Assembly (NCBI GenBank): GCA_903892335.1
Contig: CAITID010000078.1
Location: 1 to 55,894 of the forward strand
Source: an uncultured Actinomycetes bacterium
Lineage (GTDB): Bacteria; Actinomycetota; Actinomycetes; Nanopelagicales; Nanopelagicaceae
DNA length: 55,894 nt
Direction: 5' to 3'
Under the pieces are notes generated by a model. The model had not been told where the DNA came from. It was given only the letters and a program-made list of their open reading frames with translations, and searched no databases. Of this stretch, positions 11,274-24,392 are shown piece after piece. The position numbers and the translations under genes are program-made. The first letter of the stretch is position 1, and each line of letters opens with the position of its first letter.

Positions 11274-11825
11274 TTAAGAATAAAGGTGTTTTGCAAGAAC
11301 GCCAATAAATGGCAAATTCCGATACTTCTCGTTGAAATCTAAGCCGTAACCGACCACAAACTCACTTGGAATATCAAAGCCCACATACTTAGCATCAACC
11401 TTAACTGTTGCAGCCTCCGGCTTGCGAAGTACCGTCAAAATACTAACTGATTTAGCACCTCGTGAATTTAAGTTTTCAGTCAGCCAAGAAAGTGTTAAGC
11501 CAGTATCTAATATGTCTTCTACTATTAAAACTTCTCTTCCTAAAATATCACTATCTAAATCCTTTAAAATTCTCACAACACCACTTGATTTAGTACCAGC
11601 GCCATAAGATGAAACCGCCATCCAATCCATATCAATATGTCGTTGCAAGTGTCTAGAAAAATCTGCCATCGCCATTACGGCGCCCTTTAATACACCAACT
11701 AAAATTAAGTCCCGGCCTTCATAATCTTTTAATACTTGCGCCGCCATCTCTTTTAAGCGAGTTTGAATTTGCTCCTCTGTTACAACAATCTTTTCAATGT
11801 CATTGCTGATTGCTGCTAGATCCAC
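11274..11825 (-). CDS. hpt: Hypoxanthine phosphoribosyltransferase
   Basis: GVLKG, SSYG, IVEDILDTG and FVVGYGLD motifs; SD AGGAG upstream. Confidence 0.96.
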   Translation of the reverse strand: MDLAAISNDIEKIVVTEEQIQTRLKEMAAQVLKDYEGRDLILVGVLKGAVMAMADFSRHLQRHIDMDWMAVSSYGAGTKSSGVVRILKDLDSDILGREVLIVEDILDTGLTLSWLTENLNSRGAKSVSILTVLRKPEAATVKVDAKYVGFDIPSEFVVGYGLDFNEKYRNLPFIGVLAKHLYS

Positions 11826-11851
11826 AATTTCTCCTTTTTAAAGATCGGGCT

Positions 11852-12790
11852 TTAAATACCGGTTAAGAGGGTGATTCTGCCTGAAATTCGAGAAAGCTTC
11901 ACATTCCCTGGAAGTGACACCTCTTTTTGTCCATGCCAATCAGAGATTAAAGCTTCGACTTGCGCAATGTGATCGGCGCTGAGCATGCCAGTTGGTGCAC
12001 CCGCTTTATAGATTGCTAGGCGAAGAACCCTAGTTCGAATCGCCTTTGGTAATCGCTCAAGCTCTGCGACATCTAAATCTTTAGCATCTGCTTGTGAAAA
12101 ATATTGATCAGCAAAATCATCTAGTGCATCAGCATCATCACGAAGCAGGTCTGCACTCCTTGCCAGTGCCTGCGTAACACCTGGTCCTAAATTCTCTTCA
12201 AAGATTGGCAGTAAATTCTGACGTACTTTAACCCGAGCAAATCGCAGGTCATAATTATGTGGATCATCCCAAATTTTAATTCCTGCTTCTAGGCATGCAG
12301 CTTCTGTTTGTGCTCGAGTGTTTTTAAGAAGGGGGCGAATAAAAACATTATTAACAGTTGCCATCCCAGATAAAGATCGAGCACCAGAGCCTCTGGCAAG
12401 TCCGAGCAATACAGATTCTGCTTGATCATTTAAGGTGTGGGCCAACATGAAGTACTTGCATTGATATGAATCAATAAATTGCTTAAAGACTAAGTAGCGC
12501 GCCCTTCGCGCCGAAGCCTCTAAGCCATCTGTTACTTCAACATTTGCGCGAGCTGTTGCAACTTCGGCATAACCCAACTCTTTTAATTTTGCAACAGTTT
12601 GGGAGGCGACCTCTGCAGAGTTACTTTGTAATCCATGGTCGACTACAACTGGAATAATCTTTGTGCCGTTAGATTCTTTTATAAGAGCTGCAGCTAATGC
12701 CATTGAGTCGGTGCCACCTGAGCAACCAAACAAAATCAATTCACCAGTAATCCAAGGTTTAACTGATTTTCGAATCTCCCATAAGCTCAC
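11852..12790 (-). CDS. tilS: tRNA(Ile)-lysidine synthetase
   Basis: SGGTDS PP-loop, EASARRARY and AHTLNDQAE motifs; tilS-hpt-ftsH synteny. Confidence 0.95.
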   Translation of the reverse strand: MSLWEIRKSVKPWITGELILFGCSGGTDSMALAAALIKESNGTKIIPVVVDHGLQSNSAEVASQTVAKLKELGYAEVATARANVEVTDGLEASARRARYLVFKQFIDSYQCKYFMLAHTLNDQAESVLLGLARGSGARSLSGMATVNNVFIRPLLKNTRAQTEAACLEAGIKIWDDPHNYDLRFARVKVRQNLLPIFEENLGPGVTQALARSADLLRDDADALDDFADQYFSQADAKDLDVAELERLPKAIRTRVLRLAIYKAGAPTGMLSADHIAQVEALISDWHGQKEVSLPGNVKLSRISGRITLLTGI

Positions 12791-12800
12791 AAGGAGAAGT

Positions 12801-13991
12801 TTAGACCCGACCTCCGTAAGGCATTAATCCCTTAACACTGTAGATGCTTGAGTAGAGCAGGCCACGATCCTTTGAATTTGCCTCCCACATCATGCCACCG
12901 CCGGCATAAATAGTGATGTGATGAATTGTGCTAACCGTTCCCTTGTATGAGTAAAAGAGTAAATCACCTGGAACTAGCTCAGTTAACTTCACTCGCTTAG
13001 TTGCAACCCAAAATAGTGATGAGTTAAGTCGATCCCAATTTGGCCAACCAAGTCCGGCAGATCGGTATGCGGCATAAACCAAACCAGAGCAATCAAATGA
13101 GTTTGGTCCTTCATTTCCCCAAACATAAGGCTTGCGCGCCTCTACTTGCTTCTGAGCAAATGCGACTGCTTTCGTTCGCATCTCCTCCGTTGATCGAGTT
13201 GATGATCTACCAGTAAATCCAGTATCTGGCCAAATTTTTGATTGATTAATAACTGTTGTTGCAATTCCAGCATTTGCCTCTTCAAGTAATGCAAGTTGTC
13301 GTTGTTGTTCTAAAGTTAAACGAGTCTTTTGCGCAACAGCTAACTCTTTAGCTAACTTATCTTGCACAGCTTGCAGACGATCAACCTCATCTTGTTGCAT
13401 CGCTCTTGCAATATCCGCCTCTTTTTTCGCAGCTGATACTTTTATGGTTGCAGCAGCTTGTGCTTGCTTTGCCACATCGGCAGCCTTTTGCGCAGATGAT
13501 GCAACTACTTCAGCAGACTTAAATCTATCTAAAGCATTTGAGTTGTTATCACCGAGAGCATCCAATGTGCTCATGCGATCTGCTAAATCTTGCGGTCCAT
13601 CTGAATTTAATATTGTTTCAAAATCGGTAAAGCCACTTCCCATTACATAAGCATTTAATGCCATCTTGCCAATTGCGCGCTTGCCCGCACTTACCGATGC
13701 TTGCGCGGCTTGTAAGTGCTTCATCGCAATATCAGCGGCCTTTGTCTTCATCTTTAGCTCTGTTACCGCTTGGTTATACAACTTTGTCTTTGCAACAGAG
13801 ATTGCAGCTAATTGTTTTAAAGTTTTCTTAGCAGTGTTTAGCCGCTTTGCTGCTGCATCAGCTGCCGCTTTTTTCTCTGCTTCAATCTTCTTCGCCGCAT
13901 CAATTTGTGCCTGGGTTGGCTTTGGTGGGGCTGCAATTGCAACAGTTGGCAAAAGTGTGGCGATTAATAGCGCAGCGATTATCTTTTTCAT
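12801..13991 (-). CDS. Secreted coiled-coil NlpC/P60 peptidoglycan endopeptidase (RipA-like)
   Basis: Signal peptide, long Ala/Lys/Gln coiled coil, then PYVWG...FDCSGL...PGDLLF...HH C40 domain. Confidence 0.9.
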   Translation of the reverse strand: MKKIIAALLIATLLPTVAIAAPPKPTQAQIDAAKKIEAEKKAAADAAAKRLNTAKKTLKQLAAISVAKTKLYNQAVTELKMKTKAADIAMKHLQAAQASVSAGKRAIGKMALNAYVMGSGFTDFETILNSDGPQDLADRMSTLDALGDNNSNALDRFKSAEVVASSAQKAADVAKQAQAAATIKVSAAKKEADIARAMQQDEVDRLQAVQDKLAKELAVAQKTRLTLEQQRQLALLEEANAGIATTVINQSKIWPDTGFTGRSSTRSTEEMRTKAVAFAQKQVEARKPYVWGNEGPNSFDCSGLVYAAYRSAGLGWPNWDRLNSSLFWVATKRVKLTELVPGDLLFYSYKGTVSTIHHITIYAGGGMMWEANSKDRGLLYSSIYSVKGLMPYGGRV

Positions 13992-14782
13992 TAGTTTGAA
14001 ACATCCCGACGCTTGAACAATATTGCAACGATAATCATACCGGCGGCTAAGAATCCATAACTTGTAAATAATGCATACTGATATGAGATTTCCTCAGTGC
14101 CACCAAGTGCTACCGTTGAAAGTAGTTGTCCTGGAAAATACTTTGCCAAATCTTCTACAAAGATGGATAACAAGCCCTCCACAATTAAATTCCAGATCAC
14201 ACCAATTGAGATTGCAGAAATTGGGGATCTAAAGAGCAAACCTAGGATCATGCCAAAAATTCCGTATCCAATCGTTGCAACCGTGACATTTATAAAGGTG
14301 CGCACAATGTTAGCTCTGGCGTCTGCTGAACCCCAGCTTTGCGTGGAAATGTCCTTAACGCCGGCGAATAAATAGGAGAGAGCAAAGGTAACCAAACCAG
14401 CTGAAACCACTACAACTAAGGCAAATAACTTCATCGCAATTAACTTGCCAACTAAAACCTTCATTCTTGAAGGCTGGCGCACTAATAAATTTCGCAGTGT
14501 GCCATATGTGTACTCCTGCGCAGTTTGTGCAGCAAAAATACATAATGCAACAATTCCTAATAATCCTGCTGCGTTACTAAAACTTAATGATAAGCCAGTT
14601 GGTAGCTCAAGGGTTTCGCGGGAGATGCGAATACCTTCACGACCATTTCCCTCTGGTGAATCAACCAATAAGAAAAGTAGTGAGGTAGATAATCCAGTTA
14701 TAAATAAAACAGCAGCTAAGGTAGAAAGTGATAGCGATGCTCGCTTTAACTTAACTAACTCTGCGCGTACTACATTAATCAT
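13991..14782 (-). CDS. ABC-2 type transporter permease
   Basis: About 6 hydrophobic helices and EYTYGTLRNLLVRQPSR motif; coupled to the ATPase gene. Confidence 0.88.
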   Translation of the reverse strand: MINVVRAELVKLKRASLSLSTLAAVLFITGLSTSLLFLLVDSPEGNGREGIRISRETLELPTGLSLSFSNAAGLLGIVALCIFAAQTAQEYTYGTLRNLLVRQPSRMKVLVGKLIAMKLFALVVVVSAGLVTFALSYLFAGVKDISTQSWGSADARANIVRTFINVTVATIGYGIFGMILGLLFRSPISAISIGVIWNLIVEGLLSIFVEDLAKYFPGQLLSTVALGGTEEISYQYALFTSYGFLAAGMIIVAILFKRRDVSN

Positions 14783-15687
14783 GACTGCTCTCCAGTCATC
14801 TCAAAAAATGTATCCTCTAAAGATGCCTGAACTGGCGCAAGAGAGGCTAAGGTAATTCCGGCTGCAAAGGCTGCTTTATTTAACTCTGCTGCAAATTCTT
14901 TCTCACCCTTAACATGAACGGCATCATCTAAAATACTCATTTGATGGCCAAGTGATTTTGCAATCTCGGCTAACTTGGTTAAATCCTTTAAGTGCTCAGG
15001 ACGTGCAATTACCATCGGTTGTTGAGCTGCAAGTAATTCTGTGGTCTTACCCGTAAAGATCACTTTGCCTTCACGCAACATAACTAATTGATCACAAATC
15101 ATTTCGAGCTCACTTAACAAGTGAGAGGAGACGAAGATGGTTGCGCCATCATTTGCCAACTGGCGAAGAAGTGAGCGCACCTCTTGAATACCAGCTGGAT
15201 CTAAACCATTTGTTGGCTCATCTAAAATTAGCAACTTAGGATTTGGCAAAAGCGCTGCTGCAATTCCTAATCTTTGTTTCATGCCAAGTGAGTAAGTTTT
15301 ATACTTTGAATCACCACGATCGCCAAGTCCAACCTTTTCAAGTAAGCCTTGAACTGAATCAACATCAAAGCCACCTAGCTTTGCTAAGACAACTAAATTC
15401 TGAGTTCCAGTCAGGGCTGGATAAAAAGCTGGGCCTTCAATCATTGCGCCAACGCGTGGCAGGTATTTTTCTGGCTCTGAAATATCTTCACCTAGAACAT
15501 GACCATCACCAGTTGTTGGTGTAATTAAGCCAAGTAACATTCTAATAGTTGTTGTCTTGCCAGATCCATTTGGGCCAACAAAGCCACAAATACTTCCCAT
15601 TGGGACTGAGAAGTTGGCATGGGAAACCGCCATGCGATCTCCATATTTTTTACTTAGATCGCGAACATCAATTGCGGTGTTCATCAT
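14779..15687 (-). CDS. ABC transporter ATP-binding protein (export type)
   Basis: GPNGSGKTT, YSLGMKQR, LDEPTNG and SSH motifs. Start moved from 15744 to ATG 15687, which avoids overlap with ctaB and has GACAAT 6 nt upstream. Confidence 0.9.
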   Translation of the reverse strand: MMNTAIDVRDLSKKYGDRMAVSHANFSVPMGSICGFVGPNGSGKTTTIRMLLGLITPTTGDGHVLGEDISEPEKYLPRVGAMIEGPAFYPALTGTQNLVVLAKLGGFDVDSVQGLLEKVGLGDRGDSKYKTYSLGMKQRLGIAAALLPNPKLLILDEPTNGLDPAGIQEVRSLLRQLANDGATIFVSSHLLSELEMICDQLVMLREGKVIFTGKTTELLAAQQPMVIARPEHLKDLTKLAEIAKSLGHQMSILDDAVHVKGEKEFAAELNKAAFAAGITLASLAPVQASLEDTFFEMTGEQS

Positions 15688-15718
15688 GTAGATATTGTCG
15701 CAGATCAACCTTAAAAAA

Positions 15719-16573
15719 TTACTTAAGCAATACTCCAAAAACAATTAATAATGAGTAAATGCTGAGAAATGTGATGGACCAGTTAAATAATCGCGTTGCA
15801 TCGGTATCAGAGTTGCTCTTAGTTAATCTGATTAACTCAAGCTTCCATCCGAGCAGTAATGCAGAAGTTGCGATGATAAACCAGATAGAAATATCGGCGC
15901 TAATTAAAACTGCAATTGAGGTAATAACCATAAGTGTGGAGTGAAACCACATCTGTTTAACAACATTACTCATTGGCGCAACTGCTGGCAACATTGGAAA
16001 ATCCGCTGCCTTATATTGATCGCGATACTTAACAGCAAGTGCCCAAAAGTGCGGTGGTGTCCAGAAAAATACAACTAAGAAAAATAGGTAGGAAGTTAAA
16101 GTCAATGAATTCGTGACAGCTGTTTGACCAATTAATACCGGCATACAGCCAGCAATACCGCCCCAAACAATATTTTGTGAGGTATTTTTCTTAAGCAAAA
16201 CGGTGTATCCCAAAACATAAAAAAGGATTGCAAAAGCTGTTAATAAGGTTGCCAAGATTGTTGTAAATATAAAGAAGGTTAAAAATGAAAGAGTCACTAA
16301 TAGCATTGCAAAGAGGGTTGCATTCACCTTGCTGATCACACCAGTTGCAACTGGGCGGCTAGCTGTTCTAGCCATTAACTTATCTGAGTCACTTTCTAAA
16401 ATCATGTTCAGGGTATTAGCTGCGCCCGCAGCAAAGGTGCCACCAATTAAGGTAGCAATTGTTATCTTTAAATCTGGCAGGCCATTACTTGCTAGAAATA
16501 GCGCGGGAACCGTTGTTACCAATAAAAGCTCTACGACTCGCAGCTTCATGAGTGCGATGTAATTGCCTAACAT
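15719..16573 (-). CDS. ctaB: Heme o synthase (protoheme IX farnesyltransferase)
   Basis: MKLRV, DKLMARTASRP, NIVWGG and FFWTPPHFWALA motifs. Confidence 0.92.
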   Translation of the reverse strand: MLGNYIALMKLRVVELLLVTTVPALFLASNGLPDLKITIATLIGGTFAAGAANTLNMILESDSDKLMARTASRPVATGVISKVNATLFAMLLVTLSFLTFFIFTTILATLLTAFAILFYVLGYTVLLKKNTSQNIVWGGIAGCMPVLIGQTAVTNSLTLTSYLFFLVVFFWTPPHFWALAVKYRDQYKAADFPMLPAVAPMSNVVKQMWFHSTLMVITSIAVLISADISIWFIIATSALLLGWKLELIRLTKSNSDTDATRLFNWSITFLSIYSLLIVFGVLLK

Positions 16574-16603
16574 GTTGCCAACTCTATCGGTGAAAAGTGA
16601 TTA

Positions 16604-17797
16604 CTAATTAATAACAGTAGTTGTATCCGTTGTTGTTGTGGTGGGAATAACAGGTGCCTTTGTGATAGTTCCCAGCATTCGATCAATTGCAGAGCGAGCC
16701 GCATTTTGAATTCGTTTTGTGCGACCAACATGATCTGCGATCACTACAAAGACATACTCTTTTTCACCGGATGTGGCATAGCCAGCTAATGAGACCACAT
16801 GTCTAATTGATCCAGTTTTTGCTTTTACTAAACCAACTGCCTGTGGGGCTGTGCCTTTATATCTTCCGATTAATGTGCCGGAAACACCACCAACTGGCAA
16901 TGAATCATAAACAACTTTAAGTTTAGGTTCAGTTCTTATTTTTAAAAGTAATTGTGAAACAGTAACTGCTGAAATTTTATTGCCACTTGCAAGGCCGGAT
17001 GCATCCAATAACTTCATGCCAGTTACATCAACACCGAGCGCCCCAATTTTTTCCGTTGCCATTTGGTTTAAACCTGTTGTATTTGCCGAGTAACCATTTC
17101 TAACAACTGCAAGCATTGCTAGTCGCTGCGAAAGTAGGTTGTCGCTATATAAATTAGTAAATTTGATGATCGTAGATAGTTTGGGTGAGACGATCTCGGC
17201 TATCTTTTCAGTAACGATGGTGGTGGTATCTGTGCCTTTTGGCAGCGCTGTGCTTTTAATTGAGGAGCTTTTCTTTAGGGCACGCTTTGCGGTTTTAATA
17301 TCAGAGCCACTTACCCCGTTGTATTGAATACTAATTACTCGCAAATTATTTCGCTCAGCAAGTGCTGCCTTAAGTAAGGCTGGCAGATATGCCCGCTTGT
17401 AATTATCGCGTTCTTTTGTACTTGAAGTAATCCAAGGATCATCATCGCCAAGAATTACAAAAGCACCTGGTTTATTTGTGGAGTAAATAGCTGTTCTAAA
17501 AACTGTTGAAGTATCCATGGTTAATGCGATTGCAGATGTTGAAACTAGTTTTAATACCGAAGCTGGTGCCCGCAGAACTTCAGCGCCTTTCTCATAAACC
17601 ACACTGTTATTACTTTGATCAATTAAAATGACACCCGGATTAGCTAAGTATTTTGATCCCAGATAAGTAAAAAATGAGTTAGGCAAGACATCAGCGGCCT
17701 GTGCGTTTTGCAGCGATTGTGTATTGAGTGCCAAGATAGAAATCAACAAGATAGAAATCTTTTTAAGAAGATTTCCTTGCCCAAATTTCAGATTCAT
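16604..17797 (-). CDS. dacB: D-alanyl-D-alanine carboxypeptidase/endopeptidase (peptidase S13)
   Basis: Signal peptide, SxxK (PASVLK), SxN (SDN), DASGL and KTG motifs. Confidence 0.88.
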   Translation of the reverse strand: MNLKFGQGNLLKKISILLISILALNTQSLQNAQAADVLPNSFFTYLGSKYLANPGVILIDQSNNSVVYEKGAEVLRAPASVLKLVSTSAIALTMDTSTVFRTAIYSTNKPGAFVILGDDDPWITSSTKERDNYKRAYLPALLKAALAERNNLRVISIQYNGVSGSDIKTAKRALKKSSSIKSTALPKGTDTTTIVTEKIAEIVSPKLSTIIKFTNLYSDNLLSQRLAMLAVVRNGYSANTTGLNQMATEKIGALGVDVTGMKLLDASGLASGNKISAVTVSQLLLKIRTEPKLKVVYDSLPVGGVSGTLIGRYKGTAPQAVGLVKAKTGSIRHVVSLAGYATSGEKEYVFVVIADHVGRTKRIQNAARSAIDRMLGTITKAPVIPTTTTTDTTTVIN

Positions 17798-17822
17798 CTA
17801 CCTGTGCCCTTAAAGTTAAGTT

Positions 17823-18476
17823 ATGTCGGAAAGTACTGTTGGACCTGGTGAGTTCTACCAAGTAGTTGGCGTAGGCCCACACTCTAAACCATGGCCCACT
17901 GATGAGCGCTTTGATTCAGAATTATTGGAAAATGGCGATCGGCGCAACGTACTAGATAAGTATAGATATTGGAAGGTTGAGGCGATTGTTGCCGACCTTG
18001 ATACCAAGCGACATGATCTACAAATTGCGATTGAAAATTGGCAACATGATTTAAACATTGGCTCAATTGTTAGAACTGCAAATGCCTTTAATGTTTCAGC
18101 AGTCCACATTGTTGGCAAACGCGATTGGAACAGGCGTGGTGCCATGGTTACTGATAAATACCTAACTGTTCATCACCACCCAACAGTTGAAGAGTTTAAA
18201 AAGTGGTGTGATCAAAATAAATTACCAATTATTGGTATTGATAATCTGCCAGTATCAAAGCAAATTGAAAGTTATGACCTACCAGCAAAGTGTGTGATGT
18301 TATTTGGCCAAGAGGGCGCCGGTATGAGCGATGAAGGCGTAGCCGTTTGTGAAGTTGTCCTTGCTATCTCTCAGTACGGATCAACTAGATCTATGAACGC
18401 ATCAGCTGCGGGGGCTATTGCAATGTATGCCTGGGCGATGCAACATTTAAATCCAGTAAATCATCCAAAACTTTAA
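17823..18476 (+). CDS. TrmH/SpoU family RNA methyltransferase
   Basis: NIGSIVRTANAF, LFGQEGAG and SMNASAAG SPOUT motifs. Confidence 0.92.
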   Translation: MSESTVGPGEFYQVVGVGPHSKPWPTDERFDSELLENGDRRNVLDKYRYWKVEAIVADLDTKRHDLQIAIENWQHDLNIGSIVRTANAFNVSAVHIVGKRDWNRRGAMVTDKYLTVHHHPTVEEFKKWCDQNKLPIIGIDNLPVSKQIESYDLPAKCVMLFGQEGAGMSDEGVAVCEVVLAISQYGSTRSMNASAAGAIAMYAWAMQHLNPVNHPKL

Positions 18477-18483
18477 AACTCTT

Positions 18484-19419
18484 TTAAGCCTCATCAATTA
18501 CATCAGTAACAGCATCTAATCTGCGTTCAATCTCTTGTGCCTCATCGATTCGATCAAGCTTTCGAAGTACTAAAGCAATCTTTCGCTCAATATCAATAAT
18601 GAACTCAAAATCCTTAAACTCAGACTCTGTAACGGTTTCTAGAACATTTTCTAGACTCATTAAGCCTTCTTCATCTAAGCCGGTTGCAATCTGTGCTTTG
18701 CCTAACTCAAACATTGAGTAGGTCTCACGGCGGTGATCATGAGCGGTCACAAATACATCTAAAGATTTTTGAGCGGCAATTAATGCACCCTCAGCATCGC
18801 CAAGCTCAGTTAAGCAGTGCGCAATCTTTTGATCACACCTTGCCACATTGATAACCTCTTTTAGCTTCTTAAACAAGGCACGTGCCTCACGGAAGGCCTC
18901 GAGTGATTTGTCGTAATTTTTTAATTCGCGGTAGGCACAACCAATTAGATGTAGATCATTGGCAGCACCTGAATCATTGCCATCTACTAGATGCTCTTGC
19001 ACGCATTGATTCATGCAATCAATAGTTTTGTCATACTCCTTTGAGTTAAACCACCACTCACCCAAGGTGCAGGCAAGTTCAATTGCCATTGGTGATTTTG
19101 TCTCGCGAAGTAACTCAACTGCTTTGCTCATGGCATTTGCTGCTTCATTCATCCGCTTTAATTGATTTAAGTTATAACCAATTGCAGAGTAAGCCTGTGC
19201 TAAACCTTCTGTTGGTGCAACTACACCTAAATCTGCATAAATATCTCGCGCAGTTTCAGCTAGCGCTAGCGCTTCATCGTATTGACCACGGGCATAGATA
19301 CGCGCACTTAATTCATAATAAGTATTCGCACGATCTAATCCTTCAACCTCTGGAATTCGCTCCCAAAGCATCTCCTCGGTAATTATCTCTTCCGAATTGA
19401 TATCGTCGTCGTCGGCCAA
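18484..19419 (-). CDS. Tetratricopeptide-repeat protein
   Basis: Repeated helical units with A/G/Y spacing (e.g. AYSAIGYNL, LHLIGCAY, MFELGKAQ). Confidence 0.75.
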   Translation of the reverse strand: MADDDDINSEEIITEEMLWERIPEVEGLDRANTYYELSARIYARGQYDEALALAETARDIYADLGVVAPTEGLAQAYSAIGYNLNQLKRMNEAANAMSKAVELLRETKSPMAIELACTLGEWWFNSKEYDKTIDCMNQCVQEHLVDGNDSGAANDLHLIGCAYRELKNYDKSLEAFREARALFKKLKEVINVARCDQKIAHCLTELGDAEGALIAAQKSLDVFVTAHDHRRETYSMFELGKAQIATGLDEEGLMSLENVLETVTESEFKDFEFIIDIERKIALVLRKLDRIDEAQEIERRLDAVTDVIDEA

Positions 19420-19519
19420 GAGTCTCCTTCTCTGTAGCTGTGAAGTACTAGAACCCTAGCAATTCCCGGCGATTGGTGCGGGCGAATCTGGCTTAGGCGC
19501 ACCTTAGAACTGCGTATAA

Positions 19520-22374
<2,855 letters not shown>

Positions 22375-22404
22375 AAGGTCCTATCCTAGAAAAACTTATC
22401 TAAT

Positions 22405-23703
22405 TTATCTTGGACGCTTGCGTCTCTCATTTGGACGCGGTCTTGATTTCTTCTTCTTTCCACCACCACGTGTCCTTGAATCTCTATATCCACCAGATCT
22501 ACCTGATCTCTCACTCTTGCCACTATCTGCCACAACAATTGGCACACCAGATGGTTCTACCGCCCCAGTTATCTTCACCAACCCTTGATCCATTGGCTTA
22601 ACAGTTGTCTCAAGTAATTTCACACCAGCTCTTGCTGCTAATCCTCTAACGCCTTTTACCTGCTTATGAGTTGCAAGTGTTACAACAGTTCCACTGGCAC
22701 CTGCGCGAGCAGTCCGCCCTGCCCTGTGTAAATAATCTTTGTGATTTTCTGGTGCATCAACATGTACTACAAGTGACACATCGTCAACGTGAATACCACG
22801 CGCTGCAACATCAGTTGCAACTAATGCATTTGTCTTACCCATCTTAAATCCCTCGAGCACCTTTGATCTCTGTGCCTGTGTCTTTCCACCATGCAAAGCG
22901 CCAACTGCCACACCAGATTCATTCATCCGCTTAGCTAACTTATCTGCACCATGCTTTGTTCTAACAAAGAAAATACTCTTACCCTTACGCGCTGCAATGG
23001 ATGCCGTAATAACATCCTTACTCGCCTGCTCCATCACCAATACATGGTGAGTCATATTTCCGGCCGTTGACTTCTCATTAGCCAAAGAGTGAGTAACTGG
23101 GTTTTTTAAATACTTCTTAACCAAAGTATCAACATCTCTATCTAGGGTCGCACTGAATAACATCCGCTGACCACCAGCTTTTGTCTGATCTAAAATCTTC
23201 TTAACATCTGGCAAAAATCCCATATCCGCCATCTGATCTGCTTCATCCAAGATGGTTATCTGAATATCATCTAACTTAATATGCTTCTTATTTATTAAAT
23301 CAATTAATCTTCCAGGTGTTGCCACCACAATTGGCACACCGCGCTTAAGCGCTTGAATCTGCTTTGAATAAGAAAGCCCACCCGCTACAACCTGTGAATT
23401 CAAATTAACACTGCGTGATAGTGGTGCGATCACATCACTGATCTGCATCGCAAGCTCTCTAGTTGGTGATAACACCAAACCAAGAGGTCTCATTGATTCT
23501 GCAGTTTTTCCTGCAAGTCTTGTCATTAAAGCCAAGCCAAAAGCCAAGGTCTTACCAGAGCCGGTTTGGCCTCTACCTAAAATATCTTTTCCAGCAATTG
23601 CATCCGGCAATGTCGCCTTCTGAATCGGAAATGGCTTCTCTATTCCAGCAGCCACTAGCGCCTTAACCAGCGCAGGGTTAACACCTAAATCTTTAAATGA
23701 CAT
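22405..23703 (-). CDS. DEAD-box RNA helicase
   Basis: Q motif, TGSGKT, PTRELA, DEAD, SAT, ARGIH and HRAGRTAR motifs; basic C-terminal tail. Confidence 0.97.
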   Translation of the reverse strand: MSFKDLGVNPALVKALVAAGIEKPFPIQKATLPDAIAGKDILGRGQTGSGKTLAFGLALMTRLAGKTAESMRPLGLVLSPTRELAMQISDVIAPLSRSVNLNSQVVAGGLSYSKQIQALKRGVPIVVATPGRLIDLINKKHIKLDDIQITILDEADQMADMGFLPDVKKILDQTKAGGQRMLFSATLDRDVDTLVKKYLKNPVTHSLANEKSTAGNMTHHVLVMEQASKDVITASIAARKGKSIFFVRTKHGADKLAKRMNESGVAVGALHGGKTQAQRSKVLEGFKMGKTNALVATDVAARGIHVDDVSLVVHVDAPENHKDYLHRAGRTARAGASGTVVTLATHKQVKGVRGLAARAGVKLLETTVKPMDQGLVKITGAVEPSGVPIVVADSGKSERSGRSGGYRDSRTRGGGKKKKSRPRPNERRKRPR

Positions 23704-23709
23704 AAATCA

Positions 23710-23785
23710 ACCAATCGAGACATGATGCGCGTCTCGGTGGTGATTAGAGATTAAGACTCGCAAAGTATTTGAAAGTACAAATACT
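23710..23785 (-). promoter_or_regulatory. Two hairpins in the leader of the DEAD-box helicase gene
   Basis: CGAGAC(23716-21)/GTCTCG(23731-36) extended by ACCA/TGGT, and AGTATTTG(23764-71)/CAAATACT(23778-85). Confidence 0.5.
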
Positions 23786-23829
23786 GGGGGAATTTCTGTG
23801 TGAATTTTACTTTACATTCATTAAATTCG

Positions 23830-24312
23830 CTAATTGGGATTAAATGTTCCATATTTACGCTCATCATAAATTAAAGCCGGCTTAGTACTATCAACTTTAT
23901 AACTAAGCACCTTTGCTATGTATATATCTGCCAGATGATCTTCATAAACCTGAATTAGCTCACAATCCATAAAAACTCGTGATCCAATCAATTCAGCCGT
24001 ATTGCTAGGACTCATTCGCCAATTCTTTGGATCATATTCATGATCAAGATCTCGCTGCTTTGAAAATTCAGCCGCAAAATGCTGCTGATCACTTGCCAGC
24101 ACATTTAAGGTAAAAAATTTATTAGTTTTGATTGAAGAACCAGTAAATGACCCTTTTTTCAAAACAAAAAGTATTTCAGGATTGGCAGAATCGATACTCA
24201 CACTCACCAATGAAGAAATCGTGCATGCCGTAATTTTTGAGTTGTTAAGAGAAGCGATGATTGAAACACTTGAGGGAATAAGACTCATTGCATCACGAAA
24301 ATCTCTGTCCAT
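23830..24312 (-). CDS. Flavin reductase-like protein
   Basis: FRDAMS..PSSVSII, TISSLVSVS, FTLNVL and PALIY patterns. The usual GDH reads ADI here, so it is divergent. Confidence 0.8.
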   Translation of the reverse strand: MDRDFRDAMSLIPSSVSIIASLNNSKITACTISSLVSVSIDSANPEILFVLKKGSFTGSSIKTNKFFTLNVLASDQQHFAAEFSKQRDLDHEYDPKNWRMSPSNTAELIGSRVFMDCELIQVYEDHLADIYIAKVLSYKVDSTKPALIYDERKYGTFNPN

Positions 24313-24392
24313 ACGCTCAACTCTATCTATTTAATTCACTAGCACTAATGTATTATGCTAATCTTTCTTGCTTGTCGTATAAAGTAGGTTCG

